A stretch of 36,043 nucleotides of DNA from Candidatus Omnitrophota bacterium (GCA_018822885.1 JAHJJA010000037.1:1-36043), one strand, 5' to 3'; counted from the first letter of the stretch, positions 1 through 9,254 are shown. Notes: a model not told the origin generated them from the sequence alone. Numbers and translations: made by a program.

Positions 1-75
1 ATGGATGAATATATGGCGGCGCTGTTTTTTCCGCATACGGACTTGTCCAAATTCCCGAGTATTAAGGTAAAATAA
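1..75 (+). CDS. 3' end of ASKHA-domain corrinoid reductive activator (RACo/AcsV-like), partial
   Basis: Frame 1 reads MDEYMAALFFPHTDLSKFPSIKVK*, resembling the 'ALFLPHTD...FP' C-terminus of RACo/AcsV proteins; lies directly upstream of cooC-acsD-acsE. Confidence 0.7.
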   Translation: MDEYMAALFFPHTDLSKFPSIKVK

Positions 76-76
76 T

Positions 77-829
77 ATGGGTTACGTAATCGCAATGGCA
101 GGCAAAGGGGGCACGGGAAAGACTACTATTGCCGCGCTTATCGTCAGGTTGATCAAAGAGAAAAAGCTTGGTTCCGTCTTGGCTATAGATGCCGATCCGA
201 ATAGCAATCTCGGGGAAGTATTAGGGCTCAAGCAAAAATCTACCATCGGAGAGATCCTGGATGAAATTTCAACTCATCCGGAGAAAGTTCCTGTTGATAT
301 GGGTAAGGATCATTTTATTGAATACCAGGTGCAGACTGCTATTGTCGAGGGGGAAGGTTTTGATGTGCTTACTATGGGCAGGCCGGAGGGCCCGGGTTGT
401 TACTGCTATGTGAATAATGCCCTGCGCAATGTAATGGGGAAACTTATCAAAGACTATGATTACGTGGTCATAGATAATGAGGCCGGTTTAGAGCATTTAT
501 CGCGCCGCACTACGCGCTCGGCAGATGCCTTTGTCGTAGTCTCAAATGCAAGTGCTGTCGGGCTTAAGGCCGCAAAGAGGATAAGGGAACTTATCAAGGA
601 ATTAAAGATAAACGTCAAAAAAGAGCTTTTGGTGATAAATTCTTCCCAAGAAAATATAGAAAAGCAAAGGATCGATGATTTAAAACTTGATTATCTGGGA
701 AGCGTACCTTATGATATGGACATTGAGAAAATAAGTTTAAACGGCAATTCATTGATGGATTTAAATGAAAAGACAGCGAGTTTATCGGCGCTACGTAAGA
801 TCGGAGAAAGAATATGGCAACGCAATTAA
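77..829 (+). CDS. cooC: CooC/AcsF-type Ni-insertion ATPase (CODH/ACS maturation)
   Basis: GKGGTGKT deviant Walker A, DADP, GPGCYC Ni-binding motif, DNEAGLEHLSR; acs context. Confidence 0.9.
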   Translation: MGYVIAMAGKGGTGKTTIAALIVRLIKEKKLGSVLAIDADPNSNLGEVLGLKQKSTIGEILDEISTHPEKVPVDMGKDHFIEYQVQTAIVEGEGFDVLTMGRPEGPGCYCYVNNALRNVMGKLIKDYDYVVIDNEAGLEHLSRRTTRSADAFVVVSNASAVGLKAAKRIRELIKELKINVKKELLVINSSQENIEKQRIDDLKLDYLGSVPYDMDIEKISLNGNSLMDLNEKTASLSALRKIGERIWQRN

Positions 830-1782
830 TTCAGGATAAATGGTCAGGAGCGATTTCAACGGTAAATATCGGCGCGCTTAAAGAAGAGGGGGGCAGCCGT
901 TCGCAGGTAATAAAAATCGGAGGGGAACAGTCTTTGCCCTGCCTGTTTAAGGAAGGCGCGATTCCTAATAAGCCGGTTATTGCCTTTGAAGTTTTCGATG
1001 TCGCCCCCGATGACTGGCCGCAAGAATTAGTCAGGCCCTACAGTGATGTTTTGAGCGATCCTTTTGCCTGGGCAGAGAAATGCGTAAAGACTTACAAGGC
1101 AAAGATTCTGTGCGTAAGGCTGATGGGCGCGCATCCTGACTCCGGAGACAAGACTCCTGATGAAGAGGCAAAGTTTATCTCGGCGCTTTTAAAGAAAGTT
1201 GACGTACCTTTGGTCATTATAGGCTCCGGTGACGACGCCAAAGATAATCAGGTGTTACCTGCTGTTTCGGAAGCGGCTAAGGGAGAGCGTTGTTTAATAG
1301 GAAGCGCTGTGCAGGATAATTATAAAACGCTTGTCGGTGCTGTTTCTGCCGACGGCCACAGCATAATCGCAGAGTCTCCGATCGATATTAATATTGCCAA
1401 ACAGTTAAATATTTTGATCTCTGACATGGGTTTGCCCATTGAGCGTATAGTGATAAATCCCACGATAGGCGCATTAGGATACGGGCTTGAATACGCGTAT
1501 TCGATCATGGAGCGCGCAAGGCTTGCGGCTTTATCGGGAGACAAGACTGTTGCAAGCCCCTTTATATGTTTTGCCGGGCATGAAGCATGGCGCGCAAAAG
1601 AGGCAAAGGTCAGCGTACGGGAGTTTCCTGACTGGGGACAAGAAGCAGAGCGCGGTATAATTTGGGAGATGCTTACTGCTACCGCCTTGATTCAGGCAGG
1701 AGCCGATCTTTTGGTAATGCGCCACCCAAAGGCAATAGAGAAAGTCAATGGCTATATAGAGAATCTTTGGAAGGGCGCTTAA
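814..1782 (+). CDS. acsD: Corrinoid iron-sulfur protein small subunit (CODH/ACS delta)
   Basis: SPIDINIAKQLN, ALGYGLEYAYSIMERARLAALSGD, GADLLVMRHP motifs. Confidence 0.93.
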   Translation: MATQLIQDKWSGAISTVNIGALKEEGGSRSQVIKIGGEQSLPCLFKEGAIPNKPVIAFEVFDVAPDDWPQELVRPYSDVLSDPFAWAEKCVKTYKAKILCVRLMGAHPDSGDKTPDEEAKFISALLKKVDVPLVIIGSGDDAKDNQVLPAVSEAAKGERCLIGSAVQDNYKTLVGAVSADGHSIIAESPIDINIAKQLNILISDMGLPIERIVINPTIGALGYGLEYAYSIMERARLAALSGDKTVASPFICFAGHEAWRAKEAKVSVREFPDWGQEAERGIIWEMLTATALIQAGADLLVMRHPKAIEKVNGYIENLWKGA

Positions 1783-1801
1783 GGGATAGCGGGAGGATCG
1801 A

Positions 1802-2590
1802 TTGTTTATTATAGGTGAATTGATCAATGGCATGTATCAAAATATCGGCAATGCCATAAAAGAAAAAAATAAAGCAGTGATTCAGAAATGTGCCTTGGAG
1901 CAGATAAATGCAGGGGCAGGTGCTCTGGATGTCAATTGCGGCCCGGCTTCTAAACAGCCGGTTTCGGATATCCAATGGCTTGTGGAAGCGATCCAGGAAG
2001 TCACGGACAAGACGATCTGCTTAGATTCAAGTAAGCCGCAGGTGATTGAGTCAGGTTTGAAAGTCATAAAAAATAAGGTTATTATCAATTCTACTACCGC
2101 GGACCCGGAAAAACTGGAGAAGCTCATCCCTTTGGCAAAACAGTATAACGCAAAACTTATAGCCCTGACAATAAGTTCAAAAGGAATACCGCAGAATAAA
2201 GACCAGCGCCTTGAATTAGCGGCGATGATTGTCTCTGCTTGCGTTGATATGGGATTTTCTACGGAGGATTTATATCTTGATCCTATAGCCATGCCTGTCA
2301 AAGTCGCGCAGGCTCAAGAGAAAGATATTCTGGAGGCGATCCGTGAATTTAAGGTCATTTCCGAACCAAGCCCAAAGACGGTCGTAGGTTTAAGTAATGT
2401 CTCTCAAGGCAGCACTTCGCGCAGCCTCATCAATAGGAATTTTCTTGCTATGGCCTTAGGAAACGGTTTAGATGCCGCGATCCTTGATCCATTGGATAAG
2501 GATTTGATTGATTCGGCTATTACTACAGAACTTATCTTAAACAAGAATATCTATTGTGATTCATTCTTGGAAGCATATAGGAAGAAATAG
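1802..2590 (+). CDS. acsE: Methyltetrahydrofolate:corrinoid Fe-S protein methyltransferase
   Basis: Pterin-binding barrel: IIGELING, LDVNCG, INSTTA, GLSNVSQG; TTG start with GGAGG upstream; follows acsD. Confidence 0.9.
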   Translation: MFIIGELINGMYQNIGNAIKEKNKAVIQKCALEQINAGAGALDVNCGPASKQPVSDIQWLVEAIQEVTDKTICLDSSKPQVIESGLKVIKNKVIINSTTADPEKLEKLIPLAKQYNAKLIALTISSKGIPQNKDQRLELAAMIVSACVDMGFSTEDLYLDPIAMPVKVAQAQEKDILEAIREFKVISEPSPKTVVGLSNVSQGSTSRSLINRNFLAMALGNGLDAAILDPLDKDLIDSAITTELILNKNIYCDSFLEAYRKK

Positions 2591-2603
2591 GTCAGGAGGG
2601 GAT

Positions 2604-2984
2604 ATGGAGCAGCATCACGAGGCGCATCACTTTAAGTCCAGGAATTTCTTGCATAGCCTTACAATCGCCACCAGGGGGGTCAGGCATCTTTTGGTGACTC
2701 ATCGCAACATGCGCGTAATCTTTATTCTGGGTATAATTGCTTTTTTTCTTGGCTTGTTGTTTAGGTTGGGCGCGCTTGAGATGGTCTCACTTTGTATCAC
2801 TATTACCGTAGTATTCATGGCGGAGATCTTTAATACCGCCATCGAGATGCTTATGGATATAATATCATTAGAGCACCATACAAAGATAAAACTTGTAAAA
2901 GATATTGCCGCGGCGGTGGTTATAATCGCTTGCTTAAATGCTGTTGCAGTGGCGTTTATATTATTCATAAGGAGGGTGATCTAA
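2604..2984 (+). CDS. dgkA: Diacylglycerol/undecaprenol kinase family
   Basis: E-x-x-NTAIE-x-x-x-D and KDIAAAVV motifs with TM helices; start moved to ATG 2604 behind the AGGAGG SD. Confidence 0.85.
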   Translation: MEQHHEAHHFKSRNFLHSLTIATRGVRHLLVTHRNMRVIFILGIIAFFLGLLFRLGALEMVSLCITITVVFMAEIFNTAIEMLMDIISLEHHTKIKLVKDIAAAVVIIACLNAVAVAFILFIRRVI

Positions 2985-3148
2985 TGATCAGGATCTTCCT
3001 AATAGCTGCCGGTATATGGAATATATTTGACGGATTGATCTCAATTGAGCTGCGTTCCCTTGGGCATTCAAGGCTTTCTGATTCTTGCAGGTTCATCAGG
3101 CTTTTGATCGGCCTGGGCTTGATAGTCGTGGCGTTCTTTATTAAATAA
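2984..3148 (+). CDS. Small two-helix membrane protein (54 aa), unknown function
   Basis: ATG overlaps the dgkA stop (TAATG), SD GGAGGG; MIRIFLIAAGIWNIFDG...LLIGLGLIVVAFFIK. Confidence 0.6.
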   Translation: MIRIFLIAAGIWNIFDGLISIELRSLGHSRLSDSCRFIRLLIGLGLIVVAFFIK

Positions 3149-3154
3149 ATTTTT

Positions 3155-3231
3155 GGCGGCGTAGCTCAGCCTGATAGAGCACTCGGCTCATACCCGATCG
3201 GCCACTGGTTTAAATCCAGTCGCCGCCACCA
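3155..3231 (+). tRNA. tRNA-Met (CAT), elongator type, CCA encoded
   Basis: Acceptor GGCGGCG/CGCCGCC+ACCA, anticodon loop CT-CAT-AC, T-arm ACTGG-TTTAAAT-CCAGT; paired G1-C72 and G2-C71/C3-G70 argue against initiator tRNA or Ile2. Confidence 0.88.
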
Positions 3232-3247
3232 ATTTAACGGGAAGTTT

Positions 3248-3276
3248 TCCCTTGCGCGGACTTTCCGCGCAAGGGA
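3248..3276. repeat. Perfect 13-bp inverted repeat with 3-nt loop
   Basis: TCCCTTGCGCGGA-CTT-TCCGCGCAAGGGA; no downstream U-tract on + strand. Confidence 0.8.
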
Positions 3277-3306
3277 CTGCGCCACTAACAAGTAAAATCA
3301 GTGCGG

Positions 3307-3350
3307 CTGGAAATCCAGTCCTGCAAAGCAGGGCCAGTCGCCGCCACCAA
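3307..3350 (+). repeat. Duplicated, interrupted 3' end of tRNA-Met (att-like remnant)
   Basis: CCAGTCGCCGCCACCAA at 3334-3350 is identical to 3216-3232; AAATCCAGTC at 3311-3320 is identical to 3212-3221. Confidence 0.8.
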
Positions 3351-3373
3351 ATCTCTGTGAACAAGGAGTATTT

Positions 3374-3655
3374 ATGTTGTCCGTTATAATGGCTACGCTC
3401 GGTATTATAGCGATCGCATCTTTTTGGATCCTGGGGATTTTATTATTCATATTCTGGATCAAGATGATCATTGATTGCGCAAAGAGGGAGTTTGCGAACC
3501 CGAATGATAAGGTCATTTGGATCATAGTGATCTGCCTTCTTCAGATATTGGGCGCGCTAATATATTGGTTTGTAATCAAGCAAAAAGACAAAGATCAAAT
3601 CTTAGTTTCAAGGGAAAATAAAAAAGACGGCGTAGAAGCAAGAAATAAAGATTAG
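3374..3655 (+). CDS. PLDc_N (cardiolipin synthase N-terminal-like) small membrane protein
   Basis: FWIKMIIDCAKR...DKVIWIIVI...LGALIYW pattern; SD AAGGAG. Confidence 0.75.
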   Translation: MLSVIMATLGIIAIASFWILGILLFIFWIKMIIDCAKREFANPNDKVIWIIVICLLQILGALIYWFVIKQKDKDQILVSRENKKDGVEARNKD

Positions 3656-3670
3656 AAGCCTAATATCATC

Positions 3671-3705
3671 AAAGGCGCTAGTATTTAATCTAGCGCCTTT
3701 TTGTT
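3671..3705 (+). terminator. Intrinsic terminator
   Basis: AAAGGCGCTAG-N8-CTAGCGCCTTT followed by TTGTT. Confidence 0.75.
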
Positions 3706-3728
3706 AATAATGAAAGAGAGGCTGTTAT

Positions 3729-4373
3729 ATGGGTATTCAAACAGAAAAACAGTCGCCTGCTGAAAAGCAATCTGTTTGGAATGATTTTAAGAAAAATTTT
3801 CCTTGGAAGGATTTATTTTTAGGTTTCGTGGTTCCGAAAGTAATCTTATTTATCGGTATCAGCCGTAACCTTACGTTCGTCGGAGGATCGCTCGCATTCT
3901 TTTGGTGCCTGATTGTCTTCTTGGCCGGTTACCGGCAAGGCCGCAAGATCAACGTGTTCGCTGTTATAGCCGTATTAATGATCCTGGCGAGGGTGATAAT
4001 CGTGATTGCCAAGAATAACCCTATTTTATATCTATATGTGATGTCTCTTGACAACCTGTTTTACGGGGTTGTGTTTCTTATTTCTTGTTTTTTCCGCCGC
4101 TCGTTGATACAGGTCTTTGCTGAAGCCTCGGGAGCCAATATCCCGGAAGAGATCCGTAAAAGCCCTTATTACTCAAAGGCATGGCGGATAGTTACCGCGG
4201 CTTGGGGTATAGTCTATTTTGCCACAGCTGTCATACTGGCATTATTGAAACTAAGTAATGTGAAATTTGTCGCAGGAATCGATATGCTGACTGGCTGGCC
4301 GACAATGATAGCGTTGATTTTCTTTACTATTCAGTTTCCAAAGTGGTATTGGAGGACCAGGATCAAGTTATGA
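3729..4373 (+). CDS. Multi-pass membrane protein (possibly VC0807-like), unknown function
   Basis: About 6 hydrophobic segments; 'AWRIVTAAWG' resembles VC0807/DUF3159-type proteins; family call tentative. Confidence 0.6.
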   Translation: MGIQTEKQSPAEKQSVWNDFKKNFPWKDLFLGFVVPKVILFIGISRNLTFVGGSLAFFWCLIVFLAGYRQGRKINVFAVIAVLMILARVIIVIAKNNPILYLYVMSLDNLFYGVVFLISCFFRRSLIQVFAEASGANIPEEIRKSPYYSKAWRIVTAAWGIVYFATAVILALLKLSNVKFVAGIDMLTGWPTMIALIFFTIQFPKWYWRTRIKL

Positions 4374-5344
4374 TTTTAGATAAGCTACGGCTGACGATCA
4401 GAAAATATGATCTTCTAAAGAAAGGCGATAGGTTAGTTGTGGGGGTCTCCGGTGGCCCGGATTCGCTTGCTTTGCTTTATTTGCTCAAGGCATTAGAAAA
4501 AGAATTCAGGTTGAACCTGCATATCGCCCACGTTGATCATATGTTGAGAAAGGAATCATTCAAAGATAGAGCATTAGTTGAGAGGGAGGCAAGATCGCTG
4601 GGTATTGCTGCGACTTTTACGCGGATCGACATAAATAAAATCGGCAAGAAAGGCTCCCTTGAGGAGATCGCGCGCAATGCCAGATTCGGCTTTTTGTTCC
4701 GGCTCGCTAAAGAGCTTGATGCCAATAAGATCGCCTTAGGCCACAATCTTGATGATCAAGCCGAGACTGTGTTGATGCGTATCTTAAGGGGGGCGGGAAT
4801 GTATGGCTTGGCCGGTATTATCCCAAAGAGGAGGTTTGGCCATTTTGAAATCATCCGGCCTTTAATCGAAATAAGAAGAAAGGAGATCGATTCTTTTTTG
4901 AGACGCAAAAGAATCAAACCTATTATTGATGCAACAAATTCAGAAGAGGTCTTCTTAAGGAATAAGATCAGGCATAAGCTGCTGCCATATTTAGAAAAAG
5001 AATATAATAAGAATATCAGGGAAGTGCTTACTAATATGGCGCAGAGCCTGGGTGTTGATTATGATTATTTGTCGCTAGTAGTTGATAGGACGGCAAGTCG
5101 TCTTGGCAATAGGCTGGATCTGGATAAATTAAGAAAAATCCATCCCTCTATACAAAGATTGATCTTTAGGCAAGCGATCGCAAGGTTAAAGAGCGATACT
5201 CGCAGCATTGATTTCCGCCATATTATAGAAATCGAAGATCTGATAGCTCACCGCCCCGTTAATTCAGTTGTTGACCTGCCTAAGCGGGTTTCAGTCAAAA
5301 AGAAGAAAAACCTCCTCGTTTTCTACCTCAGAAATTCTCGATAA
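4370..5344 (+). CDS. tilS: tRNA(Ile)-lysidine synthase, short form lacking the distal C-terminal domain
   Basis: SGGPDS PP-loop, HVDHMLR, EEIARNARF, GHNLDDQAETVLM, RNKIR; ATGA overlap with the upstream gene; tilS-ftsH synteny. Confidence 0.95.
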   Translation: MILDKLRLTIRKYDLLKKGDRLVVGVSGGPDSLALLYLLKALEKEFRLNLHIAHVDHMLRKESFKDRALVEREARSLGIAATFTRIDINKIGKKGSLEEIARNARFGFLFRLAKELDANKIALGHNLDDQAETVLMRILRGAGMYGLAGIIPKRRFGHFEIIRPLIEIRRKEIDSFLRRKRIKPIIDATNSEEVFLRNKIRHKLLPYLEKEYNKNIREVLTNMAQSLGVDYDYLSLVVDRTASRLGNRLDLDKLRKIHPSIQRLIFRQAIARLKSDTRSIDFRHIIEIEDLIAHRPVNSVVDLPKRVSVKKKKNLLVFYLRNSR

Positions 5345-5347
5345 TGC

Positions 5348-5376
5348 TTGATTTTGTCTCCAATTGATATTATAAT
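5348..5376 (+). promoter_or_regulatory. Putative sigma70 promoter for ftsH
   Basis: TTGATT-17 nt-TATAAT, ending 25 nt before the ftsH ATG. Confidence 0.55.
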
Positions 5377-5401
5377 AATTTTCTAAAAAGAAAGGTGCGA
5401 A

Positions 5402-7264
5402 ATGGCAAATAATATTCCGAACCCCAAGAAAAGCAATGCATTTAAGCGTTTACCGCTCGGGTGGATCATAGGTTTTTTTATCTTTATTATGGTAGTAAAT
5501 TACCTTAATACCATCTCTACTGGTATACCTCGGGAACTCGCCTATAGTGATTTTTACAATCTACTAAAGGATTCCCCCGATAAAATCAAATCCGTTTCGG
5601 TAGTAAATGTGGAGAACCGGCTTGAGGGGGAGCTTTCGGATAACAGCAAGTTTTATGTCAATATCCCTGAAAAAGACGAGCAGCTTCTTATTTTGATGCG
5701 CCAGAATCTGAAATATTTTAACGTAAAACCTCCGCGCACATTCTGGAGCGCGCTTATTTTTAATCTTGGCCCCATTTTGTTGTTGATACTTTTCTGGTGG
5801 TTTATGGCCGCGCGCGGCGAACAGCTTGGAAACAGGGTTATGAGCTTTGGAAAAGTCAGGCCAAAGATCCACAGCGAAAAAGATAACGAGAGGGCGACCT
5901 TCGCTGATGTTGCCGGAGTCGATGAGGCAAAAGAAGAATTAAAAGAAGTGATCGAGTTTCTTAAAGACCCTAAGAAGTTTCAGAAACTGGGAGGAAGAAT
6001 CCCCAAGGGGGTTTTATTAGTCGGTCCCCCCGGTTGCGGAAAGACTTTGATCGCTCGCGCAGTCGCAGGGGAAGCCGGTGTGCCGTTTTTTAGCATTTCC
6101 GGTTCGGACTTTGTAGAGATGTTTGTGGGTGTTGGAGCCAGCCGTGTGCGCGATTTATTTGAGCAGGGAAGGCGCGCGGCTAAGGTCTCCGGTAAAGGCG
6201 CTATTATCTTTATCGATGAGATAGATGCGGTGGGCCGGCTTCGTTTTTCGGGTATAGGCGGAGGGCATGATGAGCGCGAGCAGACATTAAATGCGCTTCT
6301 TGTGGAGATGGATGGATTTGATACTTCGCAAGGACTTATTCTCATCGCGGCGACAAATCGTCCTGACACTTTGGATCCTGCGCTTTTGCGCCCGGGTAGA
6401 TTTGACAGGAATATCATAGTTAACCTACCGGATATCAGGGGAAGAGAAGAGATCCTTAAGGTCCATGTCCGCAATATCAAGCTTGATCCCGGAGTGGATT
6501 TAAAGTCTCTTGCAAGTCAGACTCCCGGTTTTTCCGGGGCTGATATAGCTAATCTTTGTAACGAGGCAGCTCTTCTTGCCGCAAGGCATAACAAAGAAAC
6601 AGTGGAGATGTCCGATTTTGAAAAGTCAGTTGAGAGGGTGTTGATGGGGCCGGAAAAGAAGAGCCACATCATGTCTAAAAAGGAAAAGGAGATCACCTCT
6701 CTTCATGAATCAGGGCATGCTTTGTTATCTTTGCTGCTGCCGGAAGTAAACCCGCTGAAAAAAGTTTCCATAATCCCGCGCGGGCTGGCCGGAGGCTATA
6801 CCTTTACTCCTCCGCTTGAAGATAGGCATTATTGGACTAAAAGGGAGCTGATCTCAGAGATCACGATGATGCTTGGGGGCAGGGCTTCGGAGGAGCTAAA
6901 TCTAAATGAAGTCACTACCGGCGCACAGAACGATCTTGAAATGGCGACCCAAATGGCCAGGCGCATGGTGATGCAGTTTGGCATGTCCGAAAAACTAGGC
7001 CATATAACCCTGGGCCGCAGAGAGGGGCTTGTTTTCCTGGGGCGTGATATCATGGAGGAAAAAAACTACAGCGACGAGACGGCGCATATCATTGACGAAG
7101 AGGTAAAAAAGATTGTAGATGAGGCTTACATGTCGGCAAGAAGAATATTACAGGAAAACCTCGATAAATTAAAGACCCTCTCTAGTAAACTTTTAGAAAA
7201 AGAAGTGATGAACGGAGAAGAGGTAAAGCATTTGGTCGGGATAGAAAAAAAAGACGTTGCTTAA
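5402..7264 (+). CDS. ftsH: ATP-dependent zinc metalloprotease FtsH
   Basis: Two TM helices, GPPGCGKT Walker A, FIDEID Walker [16 protein letters not shown] zinc motif. Confidence 0.98.
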   Translation: MANNIPNPKKSNAFKRLPLGWIIGFFIFIMVVNYLNTISTGIPRELAYSDFYNLLKDSPDKIKSVSVVNVENRLEGELSDNSKFYVNIPEKDEQLLILMRQNLKYFNVKPPRTFWSALIFNLGPILLLILFWWFMAARGEQLGNRVMSFGKVRPKIHSEKDNERATFADVAGVDEAKEELKEVIEFLKDPKKFQKLGGRIPKGVLLVGPPGCGKTLIARAVAGEAGVPFFSISGSDFVEMFVGVGASRVRDLFEQGRRAAKVSGKGAIIFIDEIDAVGRLRFSGIGGGHDEREQTLNALLVEMDGFDTSQGLILIAATNRPDTLDPALLRPGRFDRNIIVNLPDIRGREEILKVHVRNIKLDPGVDLKSLASQTPGFSGADIANLCNEAALLAARHNKETVEMSDFEKSVERVLMGPEKKSHIMSKKEKEITSLHESGHALLSLLLPEVNPLKKVSIIPRGLAGGYTFTPPLEDRHYWTKRELISEITMMLGGRASEELNLNEVTTGAQNDLEMATQMARRMVMQFGMSEKLGHITLGRREGLVFLGRDIMEEKNYSDETAHIIDEEVKKIVDEAYMSARRILQENLDKLKTLSSKLLEKEVMNGEEVKHLVGIEKKDVA

Positions 7265-7272
7265 AGGTTTAA

Positions 7273-8481
7273 ATGATCCGCATTTTTCAGGAAGTCAAAC
7301 CGCGGGAACTAAAGCTCTTGATGCAGCAGGTAGGGGTCAATACCTATGGCATACGCATCATGGCACCTAAGGCCCAAGGGTTCCTTATAAAGCTAGATTC
7401 CCTTTCGAATATAAGCGCAAATATCTTAAAACAGGAAATGCTTTCTCTCGGAGCCGATGCGGCTGTGGCTAGAGGTTCCTTGACAGGCAAGGTAAAAAAA
7501 ACTGATTGCCTTTTAATGGGAAGCCTTGCCCAATTGAGCCGCTTGAGCCAGAAATTAAAGAGACAGCCTTTTGGTCTGGATCTGCTCGGAGATGATCTAT
7601 CTCAAGCCATAAAGAATTACCAAAAAAATGACTTTGTTTTAGAGGTTGGCGGTGCTAAGATTTATCTGGGTAAGCGCATCCATATAATGGGGATTTTAAA
7701 CCTTACGCCGGATTCTTTTAGCGGGGATGGGGTTTACAGGACCCTAAGGTGCAGGCAGGTCACAAGTGAAATTGTTGATTTTGCACAGCAGCTGGTCAGG
7801 GATGGCGCTGACATCATTGATGTCGGCGGGCAATCGAGCAGGCCGGGGGCAAGGCCGGTACCTCTAAAAGAGGAGTTGGCGCGGACAATCCCTGTTATAA
7901 AATTGCTTGTTAAGAAAATAAAAGTTCCTATTTCCATAGATACCTCTAAGCCGGAAGTTGCTAAGGCCGCGCTGGATAACGGCGCTATGATAGTAAACGA
8001 TATAACAGGCTTAAGGAATCCTTTGATGGCAAAGGCAGCAGCCAGATTTAATGCCGCGGTGGTTATTATGCATATGCAGGGCACTCCCCGCACAATGCAA
8101 AATAATCCGCGTTATGATTGTGTGGTGGATGATATTATTGATTATTTAAGTTTAGCAATAAAACGCGCAATTGATGCGGGGGTAGACGGCAATAAAATAA
8201 TCATTGATCCCGGAGTAGGGTTTGGTAAAACATTAGGGCACAATTTAAATATATTAAAGAACTTAGAACAGTTAAAGATCCTTGGTAAGCCTATATTGGC
8301 CGGGGTCTCAAGAAAATCTTTTATCGGAAAGATCCTGAATGTCAGCCCAGACCAGAGGGTGTTTGGGACGGTAGCTAGCTGTATTCTAGCTGTAAAAAAC
8401 GGCGCAAAGATACTTCGAGTCCATGATGTCAAAGCGGTAAAGCAGGCTGTGAAAATATTCGACGCCGTAAACGCTGATTAA
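7273..8481 (+). CDS. folP: Dihydropteroate synthase with ~130-aa N-terminal extra domain
   Basis: MGILNLTPDSFS, DPGVGFGK, SRKSFIG, RVHDV; N-terminal ILKQEMLSLGADAA...QPFGL domain. Confidence 0.93.
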   Translation: MIRIFQEVKPRELKLLMQQVGVNTYGIRIMAPKAQGFLIKLDSLSNISANILKQEMLSLGADAAVARGSLTGKVKKTDCLLMGSLAQLSRLSQKLKRQPFGLDLLGDDLSQAIKNYQKNDFVLEVGGAKIYLGKRIHIMGILNLTPDSFSGDGVYRTLRCRQVTSEIVDFAQQLVRDGADIIDVGGQSSRPGARPVPLKEELARTIPVIKLLVKKIKVPISIDTSKPEVAKAALDNGAMIVNDITGLRNPLMAKAAARFNAAVVIMHMQGTPRTMQNNPRYDCVVDDIIDYLSLAIKRAIDAGVDGNKIIIDPGVGFGKTLGHNLNILKNLEQLKILGKPILAGVSRKSFIGKILNVSPDQRVFGTVASCILAVKNGAKILRVHDVKAVKQAVKIFDAVNAD

Positions 8482-8483
8482 GT

Positions 8484-9254
8484 ATGATGCATATAAGCCT
8501 ATTATCTTATTGGAAACCGTTAGTTGAGATAGTGATACTTTGGTTTGTCATTTATCACGTTATACTCTTCTTCGAGGGCACGCGCGCTGTGCAGGTTGTG
8601 CGCGGCATAGTCATCCTTTTGGTGGCCTTTTTTGTTTTTCAGAGGCTTGGGTTACAGGCGCTTGACTGGCTGCTTACTAAATTGTTCGGGATCTCGGTCA
8701 TCGCGATCCTTATAATCTTTCAGCCAGAGATCAGGCAGGGGCTTGCGCACATCGGGCAGCGTCATTTGTTTAGCGTCACTTTAGGCGAGGAAGAGATAGA
8801 TTCTATACTTAAGGAGATCGCTAAATTCCTGGAGAATATCTCCCGCAATAAGTTCGGGGCAATCATTGCTATTGAGAAAAACGTACCTCTTAATTCTTAC
8901 AAAGAGACAGGCGAGGTCGTGGATGGCAGAATATCAAGCGACCTAATGGAGGCGATTTTTACTCCGAATAATCCGCTTCACGACGGAGGCTTGATCATTC
9001 AGCGCGGCAGGATCTCCGCAGCAGGATGCCTTTTTCCGCTGACGCAAAACAAGGATTTAAACAGGCTTTTCGGGACAAGGCATCGCGCGGCGTTGGGTTT
9101 AAGTGATGAGACCGATGCAGTTATTATAGTTGTTTCGGAGGAAAGGCAGGATTTCTCTCTTGTTTATCGTGGAAGATTGTATAAGGATCTTAGTATAGAG
9201 GATTTGCTGGCTAAAGTAAAAGATAGGCTTTTGATCAGGAAAGAAAATGAGTAA
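8484..9254 (+). CDS. cdaA: Diadenylate cyclase CdaA/DacA
   Basis: Three TM helices, FQPEIR, LHDGG and GTRHRAA catalytic motifs. Confidence 0.95.
   Translation: MMHISLLSYWKPLVEIVILWFVIYHVILFFEGTRAVQVVRGIVILLVAFFVFQRLGLQALDWLLTKLFGISVIAILIIFQPEIRQGLAHIGQRHLFSVTLGEEEIDSILKEIAKFLENISRNKFGAIIAIEKNVPLNSYKETGEVVDGRISSDLMEAIFTPNNPLHDGGLIIQRGRISAAGCLFPLTQNKDLNRLFGTRHRAALGLSDETDAVIIVVSEERQDFSLVYRGRLYKDLSIEDLLAKVKDRLLIRKENE

Noticed and set aside
3155-3231. tRNA-Ile2(CAT), suggested by nearby tilS, or initiator tRNA
   Set aside because: GGCGG acceptor and paired 1-72 fit elongator Met; lacks the C1:A72 mismatch and the three consecutive G-C anticodon-stem pairs of initiator tRNA
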